Positions 10,101-17,888 of a DNA stretch of 47,362 bases are shown piece by piece. Made by a program: the position numbers and the translations under genes. The DNA comes from Flavobacteriales bacterium TMED84 (GTDB lineage: Bacteria > Bacteroidota > Bacteroidia > Flavobacteriales > BACL11): positions 72,455-119,816 of the forward strand of contig NHEL02000012.1 in assembly GCA_002172655.2 (NCBI GenBank). Direction: 5' to 3'. Under the pieces are notes generated by a model. The model was not told the origin of the DNA, did not search any database, and was given only the letters and a program-made list of their open reading frames with translations. Each line of letters begins with the position of its first letter. The stretch's first letter is position 1.

Positions 10101-10256
10101 ATGACATATTTTGGAGTTAACTACTATCTTTCTGGCTTACATTCATATGCGGCTGGTGATCCAATGCCAATTCCCAATTTTGTTTATTATTTCTTGTTTA
10201 TAACAATTGTCACGGCCATTCTTTCAAGAATCAAGTTTAAAAAATATTATATATGA
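7197..10256 (+). CDS. ccsA: System II cytochrome c biogenesis protein, fused ResB(CcsB)-CcsA
   Basis: 1019 aa. N-terminal ResB-like region with TM His (FHLSF) and FFQSSY; C-terminal WWD domain WANESWGRYWGWDPKETW and GLHSYA. Confidence 0.93.
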   Translation: MLGRIIQYLISVKFAAFLLILFAAVIGYATFIENDFGRDTAKALVYNKFWFEFIMIMLCINLVYNLKRYKLFRKEKLSILLFHLSFIVILLGAGVTRYFGYEGIMHIREGESSNIIISDQTYLQINVNDKKMQYTYDMPLSLSAITNNTFTKSVKFLENKIEVKYEDFLVNVRDTFIEDLNSISKTKALHIIVPGENGMKSEFLKDKEQRKIKDVIYTYNNKLGDAINFFDEENKIKCIAPFDISSMKMLDQSKDMHNRNEKFTINQRTLYSNDNLNFVLKEIIDSGINKYYSNSTYMKDGKSNLLRLKVKSNGQEKDIELIGGKGRISEPTRFTLGNLNFSLSYGSKQILTPFNIFLRDFQLDRYPGSSSPSSFAAEVTVVDKDVDKDYRIYMNNVLDYRGYRFFQSSYDKDEMGTVLSVNYDLAGTIITYLGYLLLALGMVSVFFTRQSRFKFLTKKLSKANLFLLPFLIPLLSFSSEKEISYINKEHSKKFDRLLVQDQGGRIKPMNTLCSEYLRKISKKNSLENLNSTQVILSMMVNPHEWASKDIIKVKHEQIKQVVGASSSRTSFKSFFEKDGSYKLKTLVEQAYKKEPINRGKLEKDIISVDERVNICFILFNGDLMRIFPLRGDPNNTWYNPKQHQLFSGKDSLFVSNILKLYFSSINSSYESKNWNEPDSLLNYMIKFQNMYASSDIMPSNLKINTEIWYNNLDIFGKLYKFYIVIGLLMLISLFYEIFNNSKSLKKLIKLFKYLIFSGFVFHTIGLAFRWIASGHAPWSNGYESMIYTAWATLLSGIIFSKKSNFTLSATAIVGSLILMFASMNWMDPTLTNLVPVLNSYWLMIHVAIIVASYGFLFLGAILGLMCLWIIVFTNNENKKKLKLIINSLTNINERGITVGVFMLTIGTFLGGVWANESWGRYWGWDPKETWALVSILVYAFVLHMRLIPAISSKYSFNLASLVAIWSILMTYFGVNYYLSGLHSYAAGDPMPIPNFVYYFLFITIVTAILSRIKFKKYYI

Positions 10257-10966
10257 AACTAGATATTTTAGCTTTTGGTGCTCACCCAGATGACATTGAA
10301 TTAGGTTGTGGCGGAACAATATTAAAGCATATTAATGCTGGCTATAGTGTTGGAATTGTTGACTTAACAAGAGGGGAGCTTGGAACTAGAGGTGATAAAA
10401 ATATTAGAGCTGAAGAAACCAAAAAATCCAATGAAGTTTTAAAAATTAGTGTTAGGGAAAACATGAATTTAAAAGATGGTTTCTTTGAAAATAATGAGCA
10501 AAATAAAATTAAAGTTGTTAAGTTGATAAGAAAGTATAAGCCTTCCATTGTATTAACTAATGCTCCAAGTGATAGGCATCCCGATCATGGCAGAGCTTCA
10601 AGTTTAACAACTGATGCATGTTTTTTATCTGGTCTTGAGAAAATAGATACAGGTCAAGAAATATGGCGACCTAATTCAATTTATCACTACATACAGTTCA
10701 ATAATATTGAACCTGACTTTGTTGTAGATATCACTAAATTTTTTGAAAGGAAAATTGAATCTATAAAGTGTTATCCCTCACAATTTTATGACCCAAAATC
10801 GAAAGAATCTGAAACAAGAATCTCCTCAAAAGATTTTTTTGAAAGTATAACATATAGAGCTAAAGACCTGGGAAGACTTACAAATTGTGAATACGCAGAG
10901 GGATTTATTTCACATCAATTAAACTCTGTCAATCTTCTTACAGATTTAAATAAAAAAAAGAGCTGA
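10253..10966 (+). CDS. bshB1: Bacillithiol biosynthesis deacetylase BshB1 (PIG-L family)
   Basis: AHPDDIELGCGG, DLTRGELGTRG, RHPDH and YAEGF motifs. Confidence 0.9.
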   Translation: MKLDILAFGAHPDDIELGCGGTILKHINAGYSVGIVDLTRGELGTRGDKNIRAEETKKSNEVLKISVRENMNLKDGFFENNEQNKIKVVKLIRKYKPSIVLTNAPSDRHPDHGRASSLTTDACFLSGLEKIDTGQEIWRPNSIYHYIQFNNIEPDFVVDITKFFERKIESIKCYPSQFYDPKSKESETRISSKDFFESITYRAKDLGRLTNCEYAEGFISHQLNSVNLLTDLNKKKS

Positions 10967-10988
10967 TTTTTTATCAGCCCTTTTATTT
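10952..10988. terminator. Bidirectional intrinsic terminator between bshB1 and the convergent T9SS gene
   Basis: A-tract, GAGCTGAT/ATCAGCCC stem, T-tract. Confidence 0.7.
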
Positions 10989-11001
10989 TCATTATAAAAG
11001 T

Positions 11002-12996
11002 TTATTTAATTATTAACTTTTTGCTATCAATATTATTCTCACTGTGAACCTTAACAAAATACGTTCCTGATTCAAACTTTGAAAGATCAATTGAGATTGA
11101 TTGGTTAGAAAAGTAATTATTGAAAAAGCATTTCTTACCAAGTAAGTTAAAAATTTCAACTTTAGATTTAGTATTTGTAGAAAATTTAATATTTACATTA
11201 CCGTTAGTTGGATTAGGTGTCATTTCAAATAAGTCTTTATTGGAAATGAGTGAGCCTACTGCAGAAGTTCCTCCAATGCAACAGCCATTATCGCAATCTG
11301 CATTAGGATTATAATTTGTTGCTGTTGGATCTGTACATCCATATAAATCACACCAAGTTTCACTATTTACATCCATCTCTAAATAAATAATTTCATTTAG
11401 GTCTATTAAATCTTCATCGCCTCTAACCGCTAGACCAGGTTCAAAGTCTTTCTGATAAACTAATTGAATTTTATCATCATTAATATCTTTCACCATTGAT
11501 GCAAAAACACATTCTTGTTGACCATTCCAAATATCATGTGGAGTAATATCAATTGGTTCTGACCATGTTGCACCACCATCTAATGATCTTATGATATTAA
11601 CATGTCTAAATACTTGAATACTATTATCAACATCTTCAGTATATGCTGAAAATGTAACATAAATATCACCATTTGATGTAATTCCAGCTGAAGGCATACT
11701 TGAAAGTGATGCATAATACAAAGCGTATCCTCCAGTTGAGTCATAGCCAGCAACTTCGATATCACAATTTAGATCTCTCGCTTGCGCTATAACAATAGGA
11801 GTTTCTGAGTACCATAAATCTGAATCCTGTGGAGTAGGTAGTGTAGTATCGGCACCCATATCCTCATTCCAATATAGCAGACCATTTGTTAATGGGAACC
11901 ATGATGATCCTCCATCAGCTAAGTCATCATCTAAGTATCTCATATTTCCAGTAAAGATATGAGCCTTGTCATTGTTATCAATTAAGACAGTACCGTAATT
12001 GTCTGTTGAGTATACCATGTCAAAGGTGCCAGTACTATCTAAATCAAGACCTGAATCAACTGTGTATTTATCAACTGGGAAGTCAATGAATGTTTTTCTA
12101 ATCCAATTTGATCCATTGTCAGTTGATTTTAGAATGAATGAGTCTGCCCAGTCATTAAAAACAGCTATTACAACAGTTTCACCTTTTGCATCTATAGCAT
12201 AACTATCACCTCCAAAACCATTGAAGTGAGCAGAGTCAAGTGTAGGTAGCTGCATATCTTGTATGTCCCAAGTACTACCACCATCAGTTGATCTGTAGTA
12301 GAGTAGAGCTCCATCTAAGCCGTTATAAATAGTTCCAGCTAAACCAGTTGGAGCAGTAACTCCAATCATGTGAAGAGTCTCGCCGTTACTACCACCAACC
12401 GCAGTTCTGTTCCATACTAAATCTGCGTAGAGACCTGTTGTGCTATCCATACTTGAGACAATTTGTTCATTCCATGCTCCTGTTCCGACACTTGGTCTGT
12501 GTGTCATTTGAAAATAAGCATAATCTGTGTTATGAGCGATTGCAATCTCTTTTCCCGTTGAAGTAGCAAGTATTGTAGGCCATCCACATCTTGAAGATTC
12601 TAGTCTGGCAGATGGCATTGATGACCAAGAGGTGCCATCGAAATACATGTATCCTGTACCACGATCTGTATATGATGCTGCATACTGAGCACTCGTAGTC
12701 CAAACCGCTGATAATTGACCTCCTGAGTGTCTTATTATTCTATCCATTACTGCGCCATTTGATTGTAAATCATATGTTGTGTTTCCTAATAGTGTTTCTG
12801 TTGGAGAAGCAATTTTTAAATTGTTAACATATGGATTGGGATTGTTTATTAAATGACTTAAAGTCTCAGATCCACTCATAATTTGTTTGTCACTTATTAT
12901 AGACTCATTAGAGCCATGAATAGCATCTTTTACAGATACCTGACCACTAGTATAAGTGAAAAGAAACAATGTAAAAATTGTAAATATTAGTCTCAT
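11002..12996 (-). CDS. Secreted T9SS type-A cargo protein with BNR/Asp-box repeats (beta-propeller) and a GCTD Cys motif
   Basis: Signal peptide; Asp-boxes RSTDGGSTW, KSTDNGSNW, RSLDGGATW; C-terminal PNPT...GTYFVKV...KKLIIK sorting domain. Confidence 0.85.
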   Translation of the reverse strand: MRLIFTIFTLFLFTYTSGQVSVKDAIHGSNESIISDKQIMSGSETLSHLINNPNPYVNNLKIASPTETLLGNTTYDLQSNGAVMDRIIRHSGGQLSAVWTTSAQYAASYTDRGTGYMYFDGTSWSSMPSARLESSRCGWPTILATSTGKEIAIAHNTDYAYFQMTHRPSVGTGAWNEQIVSSMDSTTGLYADLVWNRTAVGGSNGETLHMIGVTAPTGLAGTIYNGLDGALLYYRSTDGGSTWDIQDMQLPTLDSAHFNGFGGDSYAIDAKGETVVIAVFNDWADSFILKSTDNGSNWIRKTFIDFPVDKYTVDSGLDLDSTGTFDMVYSTDNYGTVLIDNNDKAHIFTGNMRYLDDDLADGGSSWFPLTNGLLYWNEDMGADTTLPTPQDSDLWYSETPIVIAQARDLNCDIEVAGYDSTGGYALYYASLSSMPSAGITSNGDIYVTFSAYTEDVDNSIQVFRHVNIIRSLDGGATWSEPIDITPHDIWNGQQECVFASMVKDINDDKIQLVYQKDFEPGLAVRGDEDLIDLNEIIYLEMDVNSETWCDLYGCTDPTATNYNPNADCDNGCCIGGTSAVGSLISNKDLFEMTPNPTNGNVNIKFSTNTKSKVEIFNLLGKKCFFNNYFSNQSISIDLSKFESGTYFVKVHSENNIDSKKLIIK

Positions 12997-13032
12997 AATT
13001 TTTTGTTTTGGTTTTGGTAAACTTAATAAATT

Positions 13033-15138
13033 TTAGTTAATTTTTTTTAGATTTAGTCTCAAAGAGTTCCCTACTACAACAATATCTGAAAATGCCATAA
13101 AGAATGCAGCCCACATTGGATTAAGCAGGCCCATTGCAGCAATTGGAATTGCAATTATGTTATATGAAAATGCCCAAAATAAATTTTGTTTAATTGTTTC
13201 AAGAGTTTTATTACTGACATTTATTAAGGTTTTAAGCGAACCTATATTATTTTTGTTTAGTAAAATGACATCTGATGCATCAACAGCAATATTAGCTGCA
13301 TTAGAGATAGATATTCCAACAAAAGATTGAGAAAGTGCAGGAGAGTCATTAATTCCATCACCTATCATTGCTGTTTTTAAATTCTTATTACTCTCTTCAA
13401 TTATCTCAAGTTTTTCCTCAGGTAATTTCTCGTAAAAAATTTCATTAAAGCCTATTTGATTGTTTACTAAAACACATTTTTCTTTTTTGTCTCCACTAAG
13501 TAAAATACATTTAATTCCAATTTTTTTAAGATCATTGATAATATCTATGACATCAGATTTCAGTTCGTCTTGAACAGAAATTGATGCAATTAATTTCTTA
13601 TCGGCTGTAAGAAAAATATCATAATTATTGTTGTCTATCTTGGTTAGTCTAGATGATCCAATTTTGTATTCAATGTCATCGTGATATCCACTAATACCCA
13701 TACCTTTAACTTCCTCAACGTTTTCAATCTTTAATAATTTACTATTTGATTTTAGATAGGCACATATCGATTTTGCAATAGGATGCGAGGAATGTGATTC
13801 TAAACTATATATTATCGAATTTACATGATGATGATTATCGTGTTTAATATCGATTTTATTTATTTTGAATTTTCCTGTTGTTATTGTACCAGTCTTATCA
13901 AAAATAATTTTTTTTATTTGACAAACCTTTTCCAATGTATCGCCACCTTTGACCAATACTCCGTTTCTAGCTGCTCTGCCAATTCCAACCATTAAAGCAG
14001 TTGGTGTTGCAAGTCCCATTGCGCAGGGGCAAGATATTACTAAAACTGCAATGCTTCTTAAAAAAGATTCGAGTTTATCGATCTCAAAAAAATAAAAGTT
14101 TGTTATGTAAGTCAATATAGATATCAGAATGACAAACTGAACAAAATAGTTACTTACTTTATCACCGATTCTTTGGATTTTAGGTTTTTTATTTTGAGCA
14201 TCTTTTACCAGTTGAATAACTTTAGAAATTGTTGTCTCTTCTCCAACTTTCTCAGATTTTAATTTCAAATTTCCATTAACAATTATTGAGCCAGCGGTTA
14301 CTAAATCTCCTGCTTTTTTTGAAGAAGTAAGGCTTTCACCTGTTATGAAAGAACTGTCAATTTCAGCCTGACCCTCTACAATCAGTCCATCAAATATGAT
14401 TCTTTCTCCAGAGTTGAAAAATAATACATCTCCTAATTGAACTTGATTGAAATGAACTTTTTCAATATCATTTTTTGTAAGCCTTTTTACAATTGTTTCA
14501 TTTAATTCTTTAAGTTTTTCAATTGATGATGTTGTTTTCTTTATTGATCTTTTTTCAATGCTATTTCCAAGCAAAACTAATGTGATAATTGTTGCGCAAG
14601 TTTCAAAAAATAAGAAATCCTTAGCAGAGTAGTCAGAAAAGAAGCAACCATATACACTATAAAAAAATGCAGATGAGCTTCCTAAAAAAATTAGAACATC
14701 CATATTAGGAAGTCTATTTATTGTTGATTTAATTGCACTAATTCCGAATTGATAAACACCTATCAAAAAAACAGGAAGACATAAAAATAATTGTACTAAA
14801 GGTTTAGATAAAAAGTGTTCGTGATTTAAGAACATGTGTGCTAGCAAGGGTAGGGTAAAAATTAAACTAACTACAAACAAAACTTCTGATTTGCTTATTA
14901 ATTTTTTTGTAGTTTTCTGACTTGAAAGAAGAGTAGCTTTAAATCCAATTTTTGTTATTAATTCAATAATTTTGTTTTCTGATATATTCTCACCTCGAGC
15001 TACACTTAGTTCACTATTTGCAAAGTCAATATTAAATTCAACAATTTTATTCTTTTGAAGATGCTTTTCTATCGATAGGGCACAATTAGAACAGCTCATT
15101 CCTTCTAGCTTAAAAACATATTTTTTTTTGGATGACAT
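13033..15138 (-). CDS. copA: Copper-translocating P1B-type ATPase
   Basis: N-terminal GMSCSNC, TGES, CPC, DKTGT, HP, GDGIND; YN and MxxS TM motifs of Cu(I) P1B-1 pumps. Confidence 0.9.
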   Translation of the reverse strand: MSSKKKYVFKLEGMSCSNCALSIEKHLQKNKIVEFNIDFANSELSVARGENISENKIIELITKIGFKATLLSSQKTTKKLISKSEVLFVVSLIFTLPLLAHMFLNHEHFLSKPLVQLFLCLPVFLIGVYQFGISAIKSTINRLPNMDVLIFLGSSSAFFYSVYGCFFSDYSAKDFLFFETCATIITLVLLGNSIEKRSIKKTTSSIEKLKELNETIVKRLTKNDIEKVHFNQVQLGDVLFFNSGERIIFDGLIVEGQAEIDSSFITGESLTSSKKAGDLVTAGSIIVNGNLKLKSEKVGEETTISKVIQLVKDAQNKKPKIQRIGDKVSNYFVQFVILISILTYITNFYFFEIDKLESFLRSIAVLVISCPCAMGLATPTALMVGIGRAARNGVLVKGGDTLEKVCQIKKIIFDKTGTITTGKFKINKIDIKHDNHHHVNSIIYSLESHSSHPIAKSICAYLKSNSKLLKIENVEEVKGMGISGYHDDIEYKIGSSRLTKIDNNNYDIFLTADKKLIASISVQDELKSDVIDIINDLKKIGIKCILLSGDKKEKCVLVNNQIGFNEIFYEKLPEEKLEIIEESNKNLKTAMIGDGINDSPALSQSFVGISISNAANIAVDASDVILLNKNNIGSLKTLINVSNKTLETIKQNLFWAFSYNIIAIPIAAMGLLNPMWAAFFMAFSDIVVVGNSLRLNLKKIN

Positions 15139-15141
15139 ATT

Positions 15142-15173
15142 GCAAATATAGGTACAAAAAAAATTATATTTGC
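15142..15173. promoter_or_regulatory. Divergent -7 elements for copA (-) and tRNA-His (+), forming GCAAATATA-N14-TATATTTGC
   Basis: TATATTTG occurs on both strands (15143-15150 minus; 15165-15172 plus). Confidence 0.7.
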
Positions 15174-15183
15174 TACCATTAAT

Positions 15184-15258
<75 letters not shown>

Positions 15259-15260
15259 CT

Positions 15261-15300
15261 AAATAATAAAAAAGGAGCACTAGCTCCTTTTTTATTATTT
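15261..15300. terminator. Bidirectional intrinsic terminator (perfect 18-bp inverted repeat)
   Basis: AAATAATAAAAAAGGAGC-ACTA-GCTCCTTTTTTATTATTT between tRNA-His and the convergent thioredoxin gene. Confidence 0.88.
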
Positions 15301-15780
15301 GTTTTCTTTTAGCAGTTTTGTGTAATTTCTTTTTGGCTGAAAGCCAGGTATTGACATTAGAGTTTCATAATTATTTGAAATAATTACAGTACTTGGCCAA
15401 TAATATTGCCCATTTACAGCTCTAACTAAATCAAAGAACAAATCATGTCTAAATGTTGATCCATGATTAATTGGCTGTTGATTGCCAAAAACTCTATCAT
15501 TAAAAACTAAAGTGTCTTTTGTTCTCCCATTAAGCATTACAGGAAAAAAATTATTATTAATTAGATTTATAATATTTTTGTCATTTAATGTCTCAATTTT
15601 CATTTTTTCACAAAATTCACAATTAGATCTGTAGAAATAGATCAGCATGTTTTTGTTATATTTTTTTGAGTATTCTTGAGCTTTTTCTAAGCTTAGCCAG
15701 TCTATGTAATCTTTAGTTTGTACTTGTGAAAAGCTGATTAATGGTATTATTAATAAAAATAAAAAGCTAAATAGTCTCAT
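15295..15780 (-). CDS. Exported thioredoxin-fold protein (SoxW/DUF255-like)
   Basis: Signal peptide, CEFC motif, YWP cis-Pro loop. Confidence 0.8.
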   Translation of the reverse strand: MRLFSFLFLLIIPLISFSQVQTKDYIDWLSLEKAQEYSKKYNKNMLIYFYRSNCEFCEKMKIETLNDKNIINLINNNFFPVMLNGRTKDTLVFNDRVFGNQQPINHGSTFRHDLFFDLVRAVNGQYYWPSTVIISNNYETLMSIPGFQPKRNYTKLLKENK

Positions 15781-15784
15781 CGTA

Positions 15785-16249
15785 CTAGTTTAAGTATTGT
15801 TCAGCTGATTGAATCCAATTACTGACGCCCCCTCTGACATAACCGGTTTTTCCAAGTTTTTCAAAATTTATTTTGTTTTCTTCTTGGTACTGAGGTCTAA
15901 CAATCCATATTGTTGGATATCCTTGTACAGCAAATAACCTTTGCAGTTGACGATTTTGTGTAACTAAATTTTCATCTAATTTTGTTCGTCTAGGAAAATC
16001 TAGTTCAACTGGAATAATTTTGTCTTTCGCCCAATCTTTAAATTCTTTTTGGTCAAAGACTTCTTTAACTAACCTCTTACACCAACCACACCAGTCACTG
16101 CCAGTAAAAAACAGCATTATTGGTTTTTCAGTTTCCATTGACTGAGCTATTGCCTGGTCAATATTGGTGAGCCACATAGAGTTTTTCTGTTGTGAGTAGG
16201 ATGTCAGTAAGAATAGACTGAAGATTGTTAATAATATTATTTTTTTCAT
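15785..16249 (-). CDS. Exported thioredoxin-family protein
   Basis: Signal peptide, FTGSDWCGWC, GYPT. Confidence 0.85.
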   Translation of the reverse strand: MKKIILLTIFSLFLLTSYSQQKNSMWLTNIDQAIAQSMETEKPIMLFFTGSDWCGWCKRLVKEVFDQKEFKDWAKDKIIPVELDFPRRTKLDENLVTQNRQLQRLFAVQGYPTIWIVRPQYQEENKINFEKLGKTGYVRGGVSNWIQSAEQYLN

Positions 16250-16259
16250 TTTGATTTTT

Positions 16260-17858
16260 TTAGTGAATACCGTGCATAAGTTTTTTAATGAACGGTGATA
16301 TTAATATAACGAATAATGATATGATTATTGTGACAATACCGATTTGAGCATAAATTGTATTATATTGTACAAGAGTCGCCACCGCCTCTGAAGAGGTATC
16401 TGGATTGCCCATTAGCCAGTTTGATAGCTTGCTTAATAGGTTTTCTGAAGATTCTGTTCCAGTTGTTGTTAATTTTGCAAGTATGCCAGAGATGTAGTGT
16501 GCAAATGTGGAAGATAAAAACCACACACCCATCATAAATCCTATCATTCTTTTTGGAGAAAGTTCAGTTACTTTTGATAGTCCTATGGGTGATAAAAAAA
16601 GTTCTCCAGTAGTGATTAAGAAATACCCAAGAAATACAAAAAGGAAAGGAACTTTTCCATTTTCTCCAATAAAATGAGCAGTTAGAGCAAATATCAGAAA
16701 CCCAAGTCCTAATTGTAAAATACCAAGTGCAAATTTGATTGGGGTATTGGGATTTTTTTTAATTGCGCCTAATTTTGTCCATAGCCAGCTGAAAGGAATT
16801 GCAAGTAAGACAATGTAAGCTGGATTAATTGCGTTTGTTTGAGATGCATTTAAGCCAACTAAATTTACACATTTATCTACCCATACAGTTAGTGAACTGC
16901 CAGCTTGTTCAAAACATGCCCAAAAAATTGTTAAAAAGACTGCTAAAATGATTATGGCAATTAATCTGTCACCACTTACATTATCATTTTTTCTGACTTT
17001 AAAGTCGTAAATGATGTATGAAACGTAAATTAAAACTAATCCTCCAACAATAGATAAAACATTACCTAGAACGGCAGATTTTGTGTCTAATAGAATTAAG
17101 TAAGCAAAAACTGGTACAGAAAGAAATCCAAAAAGATAGATTAAATTAGTTATAGAAATTCCGCTGAATTTCATATTGATATATTTTGCCGGCTGAAGAC
17201 CTTTGTCTCCTAATACATTTTTACTAATTCCTCTCCAAAAAACCAGTAACCCAGCTACCATTCCAATTCCAGCTGCACCGAAACCATAATGCCAACCATA
17301 CGTTTCTCCTAAGTAACCACAAAAAAGAGGTGCGATCATAGCACCGAGGTTTATTCCCATGTAAAAGATAGTAAACCCACCATCTCTTCTTACATCGCCG
17401 TCTTCATACAAAGAACCAACCATAGTAGAAATATTAGGTTTGAAAAATCCATTTCCCATGATCAGTAAGCCCAATGCACCGTAAAAAAAGAATTCGGTGG
17501 GAAAAGCCATGAAAAAATGACCCAGAGCCATTAAAATTCCTCCGAAAATGATTGATTTACGATAACCTATGAATTTATCAGCTAAATAGCCACCAATTAA
17601 AGGAGTAAGGTATACCAAAGCACCATAAGCAGCATAAATTCCATATGCAATTTCTTCACTGTTTTGTAAATGTGAATAAAAATCCTTAATCAAATACAAA
17701 GTAAGCAATGCTCTCATGCCATAGAAAGAAAATCTCTCCCACATTTCAGCAAAAAAGAGATAGAATAATCCTTTAGGGTGATTTTTTTTGTCAAGGTAGT
17801 TTTTTACAATGTATAAAACAAGAACCGTAAAAAGAGTATATGCTATTATTTGTATCAT
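16260..17858 (-). CDS. Proton-dependent oligopeptide transporter (POT/PTR family, MFS)
   Basis: EMWERFSFYGM (ExxERFxYY-like), FYMGINLG, GELFLSPIGLS. Confidence 0.93.
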   Translation of the reverse strand: MIQIIAYTLFTVLVLYIVKNYLDKKNHPKGLFYLFFAEMWERFSFYGMRALLTLYLIKDFYSHLQNSEEIAYGIYAAYGALVYLTPLIGGYLADKFIGYRKSIIFGGILMALGHFFMAFPTEFFFYGALGLLIMGNGFFKPNISTMVGSLYEDGDVRRDGGFTIFYMGINLGAMIAPLFCGYLGETYGWHYGFGAAGIGMVAGLLVFWRGISKNVLGDKGLQPAKYINMKFSGISITNLIYLFGFLSVPVFAYLILLDTKSAVLGNVLSIVGGLVLIYVSYIIYDFKVRKNDNVSGDRLIAIIILAVFLTIFWACFEQAGSSLTVWVDKCVNLVGLNASQTNAINPAYIVLLAIPFSWLWTKLGAIKKNPNTPIKFALGILQLGLGFLIFALTAHFIGENGKVPFLFVFLGYFLITTGELFLSPIGLSKVTELSPKRMIGFMMGVWFLSSTFAHYISGILAKLTTTGTESSENLLSKLSNWLMGNPDTSSEAVATLVQYNTIYAQIGIVTIIISLFVILISPFIKKLMHGIH

Positions 17859-17888
17859 TTTTTTAAAAGACTAAAATAGTAAAATTAG

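Noticed and set aside
11002-12996. Visibly higher GC in the T9SS cargo genes (also 34678-36129 and 43074 to end) as evidence of horizontal transfer
   Set aside because: Explained by Gly/Asp/Thr/Ser/Ala-rich composition; third codon positions remain mostly A/T and there are no mobility genes
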